Positions 50,743 to 61,462 are shown, counted from the stretch's first letter. The stretch is DNA of 64,000 bases from Lysobacterales bacterium (GCA_022844165.1 JALHMH010000005.1:64001-128000), one strand, 5' to 3'. The notes: a model not told the origin generated them from the letters alone. Translations and numbers: made by a program.

Positions 50743-51090
50743 TCAATCCTTCCAGATTTCCAGGCTATCGGCGTAACCGCCCAATAAATTCCATAACGGC
50801 GCCTCTTTTTCCGGCGGGATTTGGCTGAACGCGAATCCGACGTGTTCTTCGGTGACGCGCATGACATGCGCTTCGACGTGAATATTCAGCTCATCGCCGA
50901 ACAGCATATCGAGCACAAATCGGTCACCACGCGCTCCAATCCAATCGACCGGACGCACAACCATGACACCTGTAGCCGAAATATCCAGCAACTCGCTGGT
51001 CCAAGATTCATCGCCACGCATCATCAGCACAGCCGTATTGATCGGCATGCGGCGGTGGCGCTTCCCGACAGATGGATATCTCGACGTCAT
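50743..51090 (-). CDS. PilZ-domain protein
   Basis: RxxxR-like KRHRRM and DxSxxG (DISATG) motifs; G..F. Confidence 0.8.
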   Translation of the reverse strand: MTSRYPSVGKRHRRMPINTAVLMMRGDESWTSELLDISATGVMVVRPVDWIGARGDRFVLDMLFGDELNIHVEAHVMRVTEEHVGFAFSQIPPEKEAPLWNLLGGYADSLEIWKD

Positions 51091-51177
51091 GCCAGCGCTT
51101 TACCCCGAAATTTCGTCTCCGCCCTGCAATGGGCGATCCAATGATGACTGATTGTTGGGCGCGCTGGTAGCCGTCGC

Positions 51178-52536
51178 TCACAACAACAGAACAGTCGCCA
51201 GACCCAAAAAGGCCAGAAATCCGACAACATCGGTAATCGTCGTTAACACAACGCCACCCGCCAATGCAGGATCGATCGCAAAACGCTTGAGCAGAAGTGG
51301 GATCAACACACCGGAGAACGCTGCGAAAAGAAGATTGATGATGATCGCAGCGCCGATGACGCCCGCGATTTTCCAATCTCCGAACCACAACCAGGCGACA
51401 AGCGCGACAACGACTGCCCAGATGACGCCGTTGATTGCGCCGATCGCGACCTCACGCGTCAACAGATCGCGTGCGTTATTCCAACTGACCTGGCCCAACG
51501 CCAATCCCCGCACAATCATCGTCAACGTCTGCGTGCCTGCGATACCACCCATGCTGGCGACAATTGGCATCAACACCGCGAGAGCGACGATCTGCTCCAG
51601 CGTCGCTTCGAATCGACCAATCACCCATGCCGCCAGGAACGCTGTCAGCAAATTGATGCCAAGCCACGTCGCCCGGCGCCGACTCGCCGCACTGATCGGC
51701 GCAAACATGTCTTCTTCTTCGTTCAGGCCGGCCATGGACATCAAATCATGTTCGGCTCGCTCACGAACCAGATCCATCACGTCGTCGACCGTAATCCGAC
51801 CGAGCAATCGGTAGTCCGCATCGACAACTGGTGCCGACAAATAACGGTGATTTTCGAACTCCTCAGAGACACGATCCACGGACATGGTGGCCACAATAGC
51901 CGGATGGGTATCGTCTACGATTTCAGCGATGGCCTGGTCCGGGTCGCTGGTCACGAGCGCAGTTAACGCAACGCGGCCGATGTACCGACCGTTGCGATTG
52001 AGCACAAACATGTGATCGGTACCCTCCGGCAACTCCCCGCGCATACGTAGATAACGCAGCACGACATCCACCGTCACGTCGGCGCGGACGGTCACCACAT
52101 CCGGATTCATCAGACGACCCGCTGAGTCGTCCGGGTACGACAGAACTTCGTTCAGTCGATCTCGATTCTCACGGTCCATCCCGCGAAGCAGCTCATCAAT
52201 GAGCTGTGCCGGCAAGTCGTCGACAAGGTCCGCCAGGTCGTCGATCTCGAGCGAGTTCAGGGCACTGATCAGCTCGGCATTGTCCATTTCTGCCAGCAGT
52301 CCGTCGCGGACCTCTTCGGCAACATGCACCAACACCTCGCCGTCGTCGTCCGGATCGACCAGATTCCAGACCACGCTGCGTTTTTCGCTTGGCAGCGACT
52401 CCAGCACGCGGGCGATTTCGCCGGGCGTCAAGGTGTCGAGCATGCGTTTGATCGGCGCCAATCGTCCCGTGGCGAGCGCCTCCGACAACGCACGTAACTG
52501 GCGCGTCTTCCGATCGTAGCGCTCGTTTTCGCTCAT
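51178..52536 (-). CDS. mgtE: Magnesium transporter MgtE
   Basis: Y...SAG.LM CBS pair, GRITVDDV, P.VASMGG.AG.QT, DPALAG.V.LTT.TDV.G. Confidence 0.95.
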   Translation of the reverse strand: MSENERYDRKTRQLRALSEALATGRLAPIKRMLDTLTPGEIARVLESLPSEKRSVVWNLVDPDDDGEVLVHVAEEVRDGLLAEMDNAELISALNSLEIDDLADLVDDLPAQLIDELLRGMDRENRDRLNEVLSYPDDSAGRLMNPDVVTVRADVTVDVVLRYLRMRGELPEGTDHMFVLNRNGRYIGRVALTALVTSDPDQAIAEIVDDTHPAIVATMSVDRVSEEFENHRYLSAPVVDADYRLLGRITVDDVMDLVRERAEHDLMSMAGLNEEEDMFAPISAASRRRATWLGINLLTAFLAAWVIGRFEATLEQIVALAVLMPIVASMGGIAGTQTLTMIVRGLALGQVSWNNARDLLTREVAIGAINGVIWAVVVALVAWLWFGDWKIAGVIGAAIIINLLFAAFSGVLIPLLLKRFAIDPALAGGVVLTTITDVVGFLAFLGLATVLLL

Positions 52537-52629
52537 GCTCAACTCTCCGTTCTGGCGGGCGGCGCCATCGGAGAATACGCGGGCAAGATATGCAAACCGA
52601 GAAGCACGCGGCGTGCAGCGCAACGCGGT

Positions 52630-54879
52630 TCAGGTGCCTGCGGCTCGCAGCAGCACGTTCACCGATTTGTACGATGGCGTGAAGCTTTGTGGGTCATACG
52701 CATCGAGCGCAATCAAGACTGTGGCTTCGGGAAAGTAAGCGGCGCAACTTCCTCGGGCGATGGGATAAGGTACGGCGACGACACTTCGCAAAGCACGCGA
52801 GGGGTCCGCAGCAGCTACGACATCGACTCGACTACCTTCTGCCAATCCCAGATCCCGCAAATCCTCGGCATTAACGAACAGCACATCCCGCGTGGCTCGC
52901 ACTCCGCGATAGCGGTCGTCGAAACCGTAGATGGTGGTGTTGTACTGGTCGTGCGAACGAATGGTCGTCAAACAAAGCTCGCCGCGGCCGCTTGTCGGCA
53001 AAACCGCGTCGGCCATGACCTTAAACTCTGCGCGACCGCTGGCGGTCAGCCAGCGACGCTCGCTCGCAGCATTCGGCAGATGAAAGCCGCCTGGCAGGCG
53101 CACACGTTCGTTGTAGCTTTCGAACCCCGGCACGCAGCGTTCAATGCGATCGCGAATCCGATCGTAATCCGCGACCAGGTCCCGCCAGGGGATGGTGCCG
53201 CTGGTCAATGTTGCAGCCGCGATTCCGGCAACGATCGCCGGCTCGGATCGTAAGTGCGGCGAACAGGGCATCTTCATGCCACGCGATGCATGCACCATCG
53301 ACATCGAATCCTCTACGGTAACAAATTGAGGGCCGCTGGCCTGCATATCGAGATCGGTACGCCCAAGGCACGGCAAAATGAGCGCCTCGGCACCGAATGT
53401 CAGATGCGAACGATTGAGCTTGGTGTGAATCCCAACGCTGAGTTGAAGACGCGACAATGCTGCGGCCGTCGCCACTGGATCGGGCGCCGCCATCGCAAAG
53501 TTTCCGCCCAGGGAAATCAGTACGCGAATCTCATCGCGCGACATCGCAGCAATGGTCTCGACCACCGTGCCACCATGGCGCCGAGGCATAGGCACACCGA
53601 ATTCGCGCTCAAGAGCGTCCAGGAATGCAGCAGGCGGCCGCTCATTGATACCGACAGTACGGTCGCCCTGGACATTGCTATGGCCGCGCACCGGGCAGAT
53701 ACCGCAGCCGGGCTTGCCGATCTGTCCGCGCAGCAGCAGCAAATTTGCGATCTGCTGTACAGTTGCGGTACCGTGCCGGTGCTGCGTGATGCCCATTCCG
53801 TACGCAATGATGCAACGCTCGGCGCGGACCAGGAGTCCAGCGATGCGATCGATCTCTGCAAACGTCAGTCCAGTGACTTCGATGATTCTGTCCCAGCCGA
53901 TCGCTTCCAACTCCGAGAACAGGGCTTCGGAGCCGATCGTATGCTCGGCAATGAACGCGTGATCCAGCGCAGGCCAACCCTGGCGATCAAGCTCGATCAG
54001 GCGCTTCATCAGCCCTTGAAGAACCGCATAGTCGCTGCCGATGCGAGGTTGCAGGTAATCGCTGGCCAATGAGGTCTCGCCCGCCGCCAGCATCTCGGTA
54101 GCGTGCTGCGGCGAACGGAAGCGTTCCAGACCGCGTTCACGCAGAGGATTAAACACGACAATCGACTTACCGCGCCGCGCAAGGGAGCGCAACGTACCCA
54201 GCATGCGTGGATGATTGCTCCCCGGATTGTGGCCGAAGCTTAACAGCAGATCGGTGCGATCGAAGTCATCGAGTGTGACCGTACCTTTGCCAACGCCAAT
54301 CGACAGCGGCATGCCGATGCTTGTCGCCTCGTGGCAGAGATTGGAGCAGTCCGGCAGATTGTTCGTGCCGTAACAACGCACGAACAGCTGGTACAAAAAA
54401 GCAGCCTCATTGCTGGTTCGCCCGGAGGTGTAAAACGCGGCCTGCCAGGGAGACTCTAGATCTTGCAGGACACTGCCGATCTGGGCGAAGGCCGCGTCCC
54501 ACGATATCGGCAGGTAGCGATCGCTGCTGCGGTCGTAGCGCATCGGCTGCGTCAGGCGGCCTTGCGCTTCCAGCCAATGATCGCTGTGTTCGCGCAACTC
54601 GCTGACGGTGAAGTCAGCGAACAACGCGGGATCCGCGGTTTTGGTGGTTGCCTCGAATGCAACAGCCTTGGCGCCGTTTTCGCAGAACTCGAACGAAGAG
54701 GTGTGCTTCGGATCCGGCCACGCGCACCCTGGGCAGTCGAATCCTTCGGGCTGATTGGCTTTAAGCAGGGTCCGCGCACCATCGATCGGCGCACCCTCGC
54801 GCTGGAGCGCACGCGCCACCGATCCAAGTGCATCCCAGCCGCCAGCAGGGCCGCGGTAAGCCTTGATCGAGTCGCTCAT
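52630..54879 (-). CDS. FdhF/YdeP-family molybdopterin oxidoreductase
   Basis: Y.GPAGGW, GFDCPGCAWPD, EFCENGAK, YTSGR.SNEAA, NLPDCSN.CHE, RGHSNVQG.RT, RSHDQYNTTIYG. Confidence 0.92.
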   Translation of the reverse strand: MSDSIKAYRGPAGGWDALGSVARALQREGAPIDGARTLLKANQPEGFDCPGCAWPDPKHTSSFEFCENGAKAVAFEATTKTADPALFADFTVSELREHSDHWLEAQGRLTQPMRYDRSSDRYLPISWDAAFAQIGSVLQDLESPWQAAFYTSGRTSNEAAFLYQLFVRCYGTNNLPDCSNLCHEATSIGMPLSIGVGKGTVTLDDFDRTDLLLSFGHNPGSNHPRMLGTLRSLARRGKSIVVFNPLRERGLERFRSPQHATEMLAAGETSLASDYLQPRIGSDYAVLQGLMKRLIELDRQGWPALDHAFIAEHTIGSEALFSELEAIGWDRIIEVTGLTFAEIDRIAGLLVRAERCIIAYGMGITQHRHGTATVQQIANLLLLRGQIGKPGCGICPVRGHSNVQGDRTVGINERPPAAFLDALEREFGVPMPRRHGGTVVETIAAMSRDEIRVLISLGGNFAMAAPDPVATAAALSRLQLSVGIHTKLNRSHLTFGAEALILPCLGRTDLDMQASGPQFVTVEDSMSMVHASRGMKMPCSPHLRSEPAIVAGIAAATLTSGTIPWRDLVADYDRIRDRIERCVPGFESYNERVRLPGGFHLPNAASERRWLTASGRAEFKVMADAVLPTSGRGELCLTTIRSHDQYNTTIYGFDDRYRGVRATRDVLFVNAEDLRDLGLAEGSRVDVVAAADPSRALRSVVAVPYPIARGSCAAYFPEATVLIALDAYDPQSFTPSYKSVNVLLRAAGT

Positions 54880-54981
54880 GGCGGAACCCTTCATCCGACG
54901 GGAAACCTGGCAACTGTAGCATTCCGGCACCAGAACACCGCAACTGTGCCACGCGTATCGCGACGGCAGTCAGGCGCATCG

Positions 54982-55641
54982 CTAACGCGAACCGAATAAC
55001 GCCGATCCCACGCGAACCATCGTCGCACCGTGTTCGATCGCCAGTTCGAAATCATCGCTCATGCCCATCGAAAGCGTGTCGACATCGAATCTGGCCCGGA
55101 GCTCGTCGAACAGACGCTTGAGCTTGCAAAAGCTCGCGACGCGCAACTCACGTTCTGGCCACGGCGCCGGTATGGCCATCAGACCGCGCAAGCGTAATTG
55201 CGGCTGCGCAGCGATTTGGCGAGCGATCTCAAAAGCTGCCTCAGGCGAGCAACCCGACTTGCTGGCCTCAGCATCGATATTCACCTGGACCAGGAGGTTC
55301 AGCGGCGCCTGATGCGCCAGACGGTGACCGGCAAGTTTAGCCACGAGCGACATGCGATCGACCGATTGCAGCCAGTCGAAATGCTGCGCCACCTCTTTGC
55401 ACTTGTTGCTTTGTAGCGGACCAATGAAATGCCACTCGGTATCGAGCGGTCTCCACAACACCATTTTCGCGAGCGCCTCCTGCGCATAATTCTCGCCGAA
55501 GACGCGCAGACCAGCAGCGTAAGCCGCCTGCAGTTTTTCGACAGGCTGCTTCTTGCTCACGCCGATCAACGTCACATCCTCGCCGCAACGTGCCGCTGCG
55601 ATGCGCCTGCGCAAATCGGCCAACGACTTGCTCAAGTCCAC
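54982..55641 (-). CDS. yggS: PLP homeostasis protein YggS
   Basis: VSK, FGENY.QE, WHFIG.LQSNK, LRGLM.IP, LSMGMS.D, VRVGSALFG. Confidence 0.96.
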   Translation of the reverse strand: MDLSKSLADLRRRIAAARCGEDVTLIGVSKKQPVEKLQAAYAAGLRVFGENYAQEALAKMVLWRPLDTEWHFIGPLQSNKCKEVAQHFDWLQSVDRMSLVAKLAGHRLAHQAPLNLLVQVNIDAEASKSGCSPEAAFEIARQIAAQPQLRLRGLMAIPAPWPERELRVASFCKLKRLFDELRARFDVDTLSMGMSDDFELAIEHGATMVRVGSALFGSR

Positions 55642-55710
55642 ACGTGCCTCTTCTCGCCGCCTACGGCTCCATGGCTATACTTCGGGCACCGCGCGTGCAA
55701 GGGGTGATCC

Positions 55711-56751
55711 ATGGACATTGCTGAACTGTTGGCCTTCAGCGTCAAGAATAAGGCTTCCGACTTGCATTTGTCGGCTGGATTGCCACCGATGATCCGTGTC
55801 GACGGCGATGTACGCCGGATCAACATCCCGGCGCTCGATCACAAAGCCGTGCACGGTTTGGTGTACGACATCATGTCGGACAAACAACGCCGCGACTACG
55901 AAGAGTATCTGGAAGTCGACTTCTCGTTCGAAATCCCGGGACTCGCCAGGTTTCGTGTGAACGCCTTCAATCAGAACCGAGGCGCAGCGGCGGTGTTTCG
56001 AACCATTCCATCGGAGATCCTGTCGCTCGAAGATCTAGGCGCGCCCAAAGTGTTCAAGGAACTGATCGATGTTCCGCAAGGGCTGGTTCTGGTGACCGGA
56101 CCGACCGGCTCCGGCAAATCCACAACGCTGGCGGCGATGCTCGATCACATCAACAAAAACGAATATGCGCACATGCTTTCGGTGGAAGATCCGATCGAGT
56201 TTGTGCACACCTCGAATAAGTGTTTGATCAACCAGCGCGAGGTACATCGCGACACACACGGCTTCAACGAAGCGCTGCGATCGGCCTTGCGCGAAGACCC
56301 GGACTACATTCTCGTCGGCGAGTTGCGCGACCTGGAGACGATCCGGCTGGCTTTGACCGCTGCAGAAACGGGCCACTTGGTATTCGGCACCCTGCATACC
56401 TCGTCGGCGGCCAAGACCATCGATCGAATCATTGACGTGTTCCCCGCTGGCGAAAAACCGATGGTGCGATCCATGCTGTCGGAATCGCTGCGTGCGGTCA
56501 TCGCGCAATCCCTGCTGAAGAAAGTTGGCGGCGGCCGTATCGCAGCGCACGAAATCATGGTGGGCATACCTGCGATTCGCAACCTGATCCGCGAAGACAA
56601 GGTCGCACAAATGTACTCGTCGATCCAGACCGGTGCCAATTACGGCATGCAAACGCTGGATCAGTGTTTGCAGGATCTGGTCAAGCGCGGACTGGTGACC
56701 CGGCAGCAGGCAATGACGTACGCCAAGGACAAGCGCCTGTTCGAGGCCTGA
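55711..56751 (+). CDS. pilT: Type IV pilus retraction ATPase PilT
   Basis: ASDLHLSAG.PP, GPTGSGKST, EDPIE, LREDPD, TLHT, AIRNLIRE. Confidence 0.98.
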   Translation: MDIAELLAFSVKNKASDLHLSAGLPPMIRVDGDVRRINIPALDHKAVHGLVYDIMSDKQRRDYEEYLEVDFSFEIPGLARFRVNAFNQNRGAAAVFRTIPSEILSLEDLGAPKVFKELIDVPQGLVLVTGPTGSGKSTTLAAMLDHINKNEYAHMLSVEDPIEFVHTSNKCLINQREVHRDTHGFNEALRSALREDPDYILVGELRDLETIRLALTAAETGHLVFGTLHTSSAAKTIDRIIDVFPAGEKPMVRSMLSESLRAVIAQSLLKKVGGGRIAAHEIMVGIPAIRNLIREDKVAQMYSSIQTGANYGMQTLDQCLQDLVKRGLVTRQQAMTYAKDKRLFEA

Positions 56752-56988
56752 TCACCGGCCATCAATTTCTGAAATGACTTCTCGAAGGTCGCCAGAGCAC
56801 TCCTGGTGGGCGCTCCCAGGTCGAGGCTGCTCGGATCTGGTCCGAGCATCAGCACGCGTCTTTTGCGAAATTTGACCCGCAAGCGCGATGACGGCCCTGG
56901 AATGGAACGATTACTCCATCGACGCGGTAGCGCCAAAGCGCAAAAAAAGGAAGACTCCGGCAACGGAAATTTAACGCCAGGAGTTGCC

Positions 56989-59208
56989 ATGACCCGCAAA
57001 CAACCGCTGACACTCGCCATCCTTGCCATTTTGGCGATACCGGCTTACGCGCAGGACGACAACGAAGCAGCTGTTCTCGACACCGTGCAAGTCACGGCGC
57101 AGCGGCGGGTCGAAGATGTACGGCAAGTACCGATTTCCATCACTACTGTCGCCGACGAGAAGCTCGATGTACTGGGCTCCGGTGGCGAGGACATTCGGTT
57201 TCTGTCGGGCCGCTTGCCAAGCTTGATTATCGAGTCATCCTTCGGACGTACCTTCCCACGCTTTTACGTGCGCGGGTTCGGCAATACAGACTTCGATATC
57301 AATGCCTCGCAACCGGTATCGCTGGTGTACGACGATATCGTTCAGGAGAACCCGATTCTGAAGGGCTTTCCGATCTTTGACACGGCACAGGTCGAACTGT
57401 TGCGCGGTCCGCAAGGCACGCTGTTTGGACGCAACACGCCCGCGGGCGTGGTGAAGGTCGACTCAGTGCGTCCTTCGCAGGAATCGAGCGGCTACGGGCA
57501 AGTCTCTTATGGCCGCTATGGCACGGCAAATCTCGAAGGGGCCATTGGCGGTGGCTTCAACCACAGCACCTCGGGCCGCGTCAGCGTATCGTACCAGCGC
57601 CGGGACGATTGGGTGACCAACACGTTTGCGCCAGGCCCTGAAGACGAGCTTGAGTCGTATCGGGACTTTGCCGCACGTGGCCAGTTGTTGTTCGAGGGCG
57701 AAAATTTTCAAGCGCTGTTCACTGGACGAGCCCGAGCGCTGGATGGCTCCGCCCGCGTATTCCGCGCCAACGTCATCCGCCGCGGCAGCAACGATCTGGT
57801 TCCAGGTTTTCGTCGCGACGAGGTATCGCACGATGGCATCAATGACCAGGAAGTCGACAATCTCGGTGGCAGTGCTCGATTGTCGTGGGATTTAGGCTCA
57901 ACCACGCTGTATTCGATTACGGGCTACGAGACCGTTGAAAGCTACAGCCGCGGCGACATCGACGGCGGTTTTGGCGCGGTGTTTGCGCCTCCCTCCGGCC
58001 CGGGACTGATCCCGTTCACGGCCGAGTCTGCCGATGGATTACCGGATCACTCTCAGTTCACGCAAGAGTTCCGCCTGGTCTCGAACGAGTGGGGTCAATT
58101 TGACTGGCAGATCGGCGCCTTCTGGTTTGATGAAGAGATCGACATCGACAGCTTCAGTTACGATCCTCTGAACAACAACCGTGAAAACGGCTACGCACGC
58201 CAAACCCAGGAGAATCAGGCGTACGCACTGTTCGCTTCTGGCGAATATGAGGTCTCCGATGTTCTGACGCTCAGAGGCGGACTGCGCTACACCAAAGACG
58301 AAAAGGACTTCGTGGCCGAGCGCCTGGTGTCGCCACTGGCCTTTCTGGGCGTTGGCCCGCTCGCACCGGTGCGCGTCGATACCAGCGACGACGATGTCAG
58401 TTGGGATTTGAGCGCCGTGTACGCTCTGAACGACGCGACAAATCTATTCGGCCGCGTCGCGCGGGGATTCCGAGCCCCTTCGATTCAGGGGCGCGTGTTG
58501 TTCGGTGATGTGGTCTCGGTCGCCGAATCAGAAACGGCGTTGTCCTTCGACGCCGGTATCAAGACCGATTTGTTCGATCGCCGTGCCCGACTTGGCCTCA
58601 GCGTATTCCGCACTGTGATCGACGACCAACAGCTCACGGCCGTTGGCGGCACCCAGAACTTCAACACCCTGGTCAACGCAGAAGAGACCGTGTTGCAGGG
58701 CCTGGAAATCGATCTCGAGGCTTATCTCTCCGATGCGCTGTTGATCACGCTCGGCGCCAGTTACAACGACACAGAAATCGACGACCGCACGCTGGCGATC
58801 GCCCCTTGCGGCGGGGGCTGCACCGTACTCGACCGCGCCGGCCCGGTGGCGGGCACAGTCCTGATCGACGGCAATCCCTTACCCAACGCACCGAAGGTCA
58901 TCACCAACTTCACCGCCCGCTATGGCGTGCCGATGGGCGACGGTGAGTTCTTCGTGTACACGGACTGGGCGTATCGCTCGCAGATCAATTTCTTTTTGTA
59001 CGAAGCCACCGAGTTTCGCGGGAAATCCCTGCTCGAAGGTGGCTTGCGAGTCGGCTACAACTGGAATTACGGCGCCTATGAGTTGGCGCTATTTGGCCGA
59101 AACATAACCGACGAAGAAGTTATCGTAGGCGGCATCGATTTCAACAACCTGACTGGGTTTGTGAATGAGCCGCGTATTTTTGGCCTGGAGTTTAAGGCGA
59201 GCTTCTGA
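56989..59208 (+). CDS. TonB-dependent receptor
   Basis: Signal peptide; TonB-box-like DTVQVTAQRR; plug motif VELLRGPQGTLFGRN..AG; NITD; C-terminal Phe. Confidence 0.93.
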   Translation: MTRKQPLTLAILAILAIPAYAQDDNEAAVLDTVQVTAQRRVEDVRQVPISITTVADEKLDVLGSGGEDIRFLSGRLPSLIIESSFGRTFPRFYVRGFGNTDFDINASQPVSLVYDDIVQENPILKGFPIFDTAQVELLRGPQGTLFGRNTPAGVVKVDSVRPSQESSGYGQVSYGRYGTANLEGAIGGGFNHSTSGRVSVSYQRRDDWVTNTFAPGPEDELESYRDFAARGQLLFEGENFQALFTGRARALDGSARVFRANVIRRGSNDLVPGFRRDEVSHDGINDQEVDNLGGSARLSWDLGSTTLYSITGYETVESYSRGDIDGGFGAVFAPPSGPGLIPFTAESADGLPDHSQFTQEFRLVSNEWGQFDWQIGAFWFDEEIDIDSFSYDPLNNNRENGYARQTQENQAYALFASGEYEVSDVLTLRGGLRYTKDEKDFVAERLVSPLAFLGVGPLAPVRVDTSDDDVSWDLSAVYALNDATNLFGRVARGFRAPSIQGRVLFGDVVSVAESETALSFDAGIKTDLFDRRARLGLSVFRTVIDDQQLTAVGGTQNFNTLVNAEETVLQGLEIDLEAYLSDALLITLGASYNDTEIDDRTLAIAPCGGGCTVLDRAGPVAGTVLIDGNPLPNAPKVITNFTARYGVPMGDGEFFVYTDWAYRSQINFFLYEATEFRGKSLLEGGLRVGYNWNYGAYELALFGRNITDEEVIVGGIDFNNLTGFVNEPRIFGLEFKASF

Positions 59209-61462
59209 GGTCGGCGCAGATCGTTCCATCAAGAGCGGTGCACGGGGCACGCGGCACGGGGCAGGTGTCGCGCCCCCTGCCCTTGCGCTGCTGGCGGCAC
59301 TGATCGCTCCACTCGCCGCTGCGCAAACCGATTGTGTTGGCCTTGTGCTGGGTGGTGGTGGCGCCCGCGGCGCCGCTCACATTGGCGTGCTTAAGGTACT
59401 GGAACGAGAACGCGTTCCGATCTGCCGAATCGCAGGCACCAGCATGGGCTCGATTGTTGGCGGGCTGTATGCCTCCGGGTACGCGCCCGAGGAGATCGAA
59501 CGGGTATTGCTGGCCGTCGATTGGAAAGATGTGCTGAGCGACGATCCGCCGCGGGCCGATTTTCCGATGCGGCGCAAGAACGACACCCTGCGCTATTTGC
59601 TGAACTTTCGCCTGGGATTTCGCGACGGCAAGATTCAATTGCCACGCGGCGTCATCCAGGGCCAGAAATTGCTGTTGCTGCTCAGGCGGCTCACGTTGCA
59701 CACGTGGAATACCGATCACTTCGATGGATTGTCCATCCCATTCCGCGCAGTCGCCACCGATATCGCGCGTGGCGAAGCCGTCGTGTTCGATAAAGGCGAT
59801 CTCGCTCTGGCGATTCGCGCCAGCATGAGCGTACCGGCCGCTTTTGCGCCGTTGCGGGTCGATGGAAAGCTGCTCGTCGACGGTGGCATCGTCAATAACG
59901 TACCGGTCGACATCGTGCGCGAGATGGGCGCCCATCATCTCATCGTGGTCGACGTCGGTGCGCCGTTGCTCGAGGATAAAGACCTCAACTCGCCGTTCGC
60001 CATCACCATGCAGATGCTCGATGTGCTGATGAAGCAGCGCACCGCGGATGTGCTGCGCGGCATGGCCCTGACGGACGTCAAGATTCAACCGGATCTTGGC
60101 GATATCGGCAGCGCCGATTTCGACCGCGCTGCCGAGACCATCGCGCCGGGCGAAGCCGCTGCGTTGGCAGCCGTGTCGCAAATCCGTCGCTTCTCGCTGA
60201 CGCCAGAAGCGTACGCCCAGTATCGAGCACGGCATCGCAAGCGCGCTTTCGATGCGCCGATGATTGCCTATCTGGACGTGCTCTCGGAGCGCTCAAAAAC
60301 CTCCGGATATGTGATGCGTCGATTGGACTCGCTACCGGGTGAGAGATTGGACCTCGACCGCGTCGAAGCGAGCATCGGTGCCGCCTACGGACTTGGCAAC
60401 TACGAGCGCATCGCATGGCGCCCGGTCTCACGCGATGGCGAATTCGGCGTCGAAGTGCTGCCGGTCGACAAAGGCTGGGGCCCGAACTTCATCACCTTTG
60501 GGCTGCAGATCAGCGATGATTTCGAGGGTCGCAACGACTATCAGCTAGGCGCCGAATACACCATGACCGGCCTCAACCGATTTGGCGGGGAATGGCGCTC
60601 GCGGCTTGAGCTTGGGCGCATTACCGGGTTACGCAGCGAGTTCTTCCAACCGTTTGGCGAACGTGGGCAGTACTTCGCCTTTCCTTACGTCGAATACCGC
60701 GCGCTCGATCAGTCCTTGTCGGTCGATGGTGCGGTCGTTTCCCTCTTCCGCTTCGGCCGCGCCTCAGCTGGCTTCGATCTGGGTTTTGAGCCCTCGGTCA
60801 ACTGGCGCATTTATGGCGGCCTGTTCCGCGGCCATGGGCGTGCGCGAACCGAAGTGGGCAGTGGGCAGTTCCGCCAGCAAATTTCGGGAAACATCGGCGG
60901 CTATCGACTGGGCCTCATTCGCGACACGATCGACGACGGCAACTTCCCCGGAGCGGGCTCACGCGGCGAAATTTCGGTGATCGCCGAGAGTTTCGCGCTC
61001 GGTTCGGATGGCAACGGCGACATCGTCGATATCCAGTGGGACAAGGCGCTATCGCATGGTCCTGACCGTTTTCTGTTGGGTGCGCGATTACACGCCAGCT
61101 TTGGCGAACCGAACCTGTTCGATGCCTTAGGCACTTTAGGCGGTTTTACCAATCTCTCCGGATTCGCCGAACGTGAGTTGCTCGGTGAGCACAGCTCGCT
61201 GTTTCGCGCAATCTATTACCGGCAACTCGGTGGAGATGGTCTGTTTTCGGTGCCAGCCTATGTCGGCTTCAGCGCCGAAGCGGGCAACGTGTATGAGGAC
61301 AGAAATGCCATGATCAGCCTCGACAACCTGATCTGGGCCGGCAGCATCTTCGTAGGTGTCGAATCGCCGTTTGGCCCGGTGTTCCTCGGATACGGCCGCG
61401 CCGACAGCGGCGATAGTTCTTTCTACTTGAACTTCGGCACCTTGTTACGGCCCCGGCCCTGA
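59165..61462 (+). CDS. Patatin-like phospholipase with POTRA/beta-barrel (PlpD, type Vd-like); start uncertain
   Basis: GGGGARG, GTSMG, DGG motifs; C-terminal barrel GGF..LSG...SP.GPV.LGYG...YLNFG. Confidence 0.88.
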   Translation: MSRVFLAWSLRRASEVGADRSIKSGARGTRHGAGVAPPALALLAALIAPLAAAQTDCVGLVLGGGGARGAAHIGVLKVLERERVPICRIAGTSMGSIVGGLYASGYAPEEIERVLLAVDWKDVLSDDPPRADFPMRRKNDTLRYLLNFRLGFRDGKIQLPRGVIQGQKLLLLLRRLTLHTWNTDHFDGLSIPFRAVATDIARGEAVVFDKGDLALAIRASMSVPAAFAPLRVDGKLLVDGGIVNNVPVDIVREMGAHHLIVVDVGAPLLEDKDLNSPFAITMQMLDVLMKQRTADVLRGMALTDVKIQPDLGDIGSADFDRAAETIAPGEAAALAAVSQIRRFSLTPEAYAQYRARHRKRAFDAPMIAYLDVLSERSKTSGYVMRRLDSLPGERLDLDRVEASIGAAYGLGNYERIAWRPVSRDGEFGVEVLPVDKGWGPNFITFGLQISDDFEGRNDYQLGAEYTMTGLNRFGGEWRSRLELGRITGLRSEFFQPFGERGQYFAFPYVEYRALDQSLSVDGAVVSLFRFGRASAGFDLGFEPSVNWRIYGGLFRGHGRARTEVGSGQFRQQISGNIGGYRLGLIRDTIDDGNFPGAGSRGEISVIAESFALGSDGNGDIVDIQWDKALSHGPDRFLLGARLHASFGEPNLFDALGTLGGFTNLSGFAERELLGEHSSLFRAIYYRQLGGDGLFSVPAYVGFSAEAGNVYEDRNAMISLDNLIWAGSIFVGVESPFGPVFLGYGRADSGDSSFYLNFGTLLRPRP

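Noticed and set aside
52630-54879. Possible selenocysteine formate dehydrogenase
   Set aside because: No in-frame TGA; the active-site region has Cys (CSNLCHE), typical of the YdeP-like family
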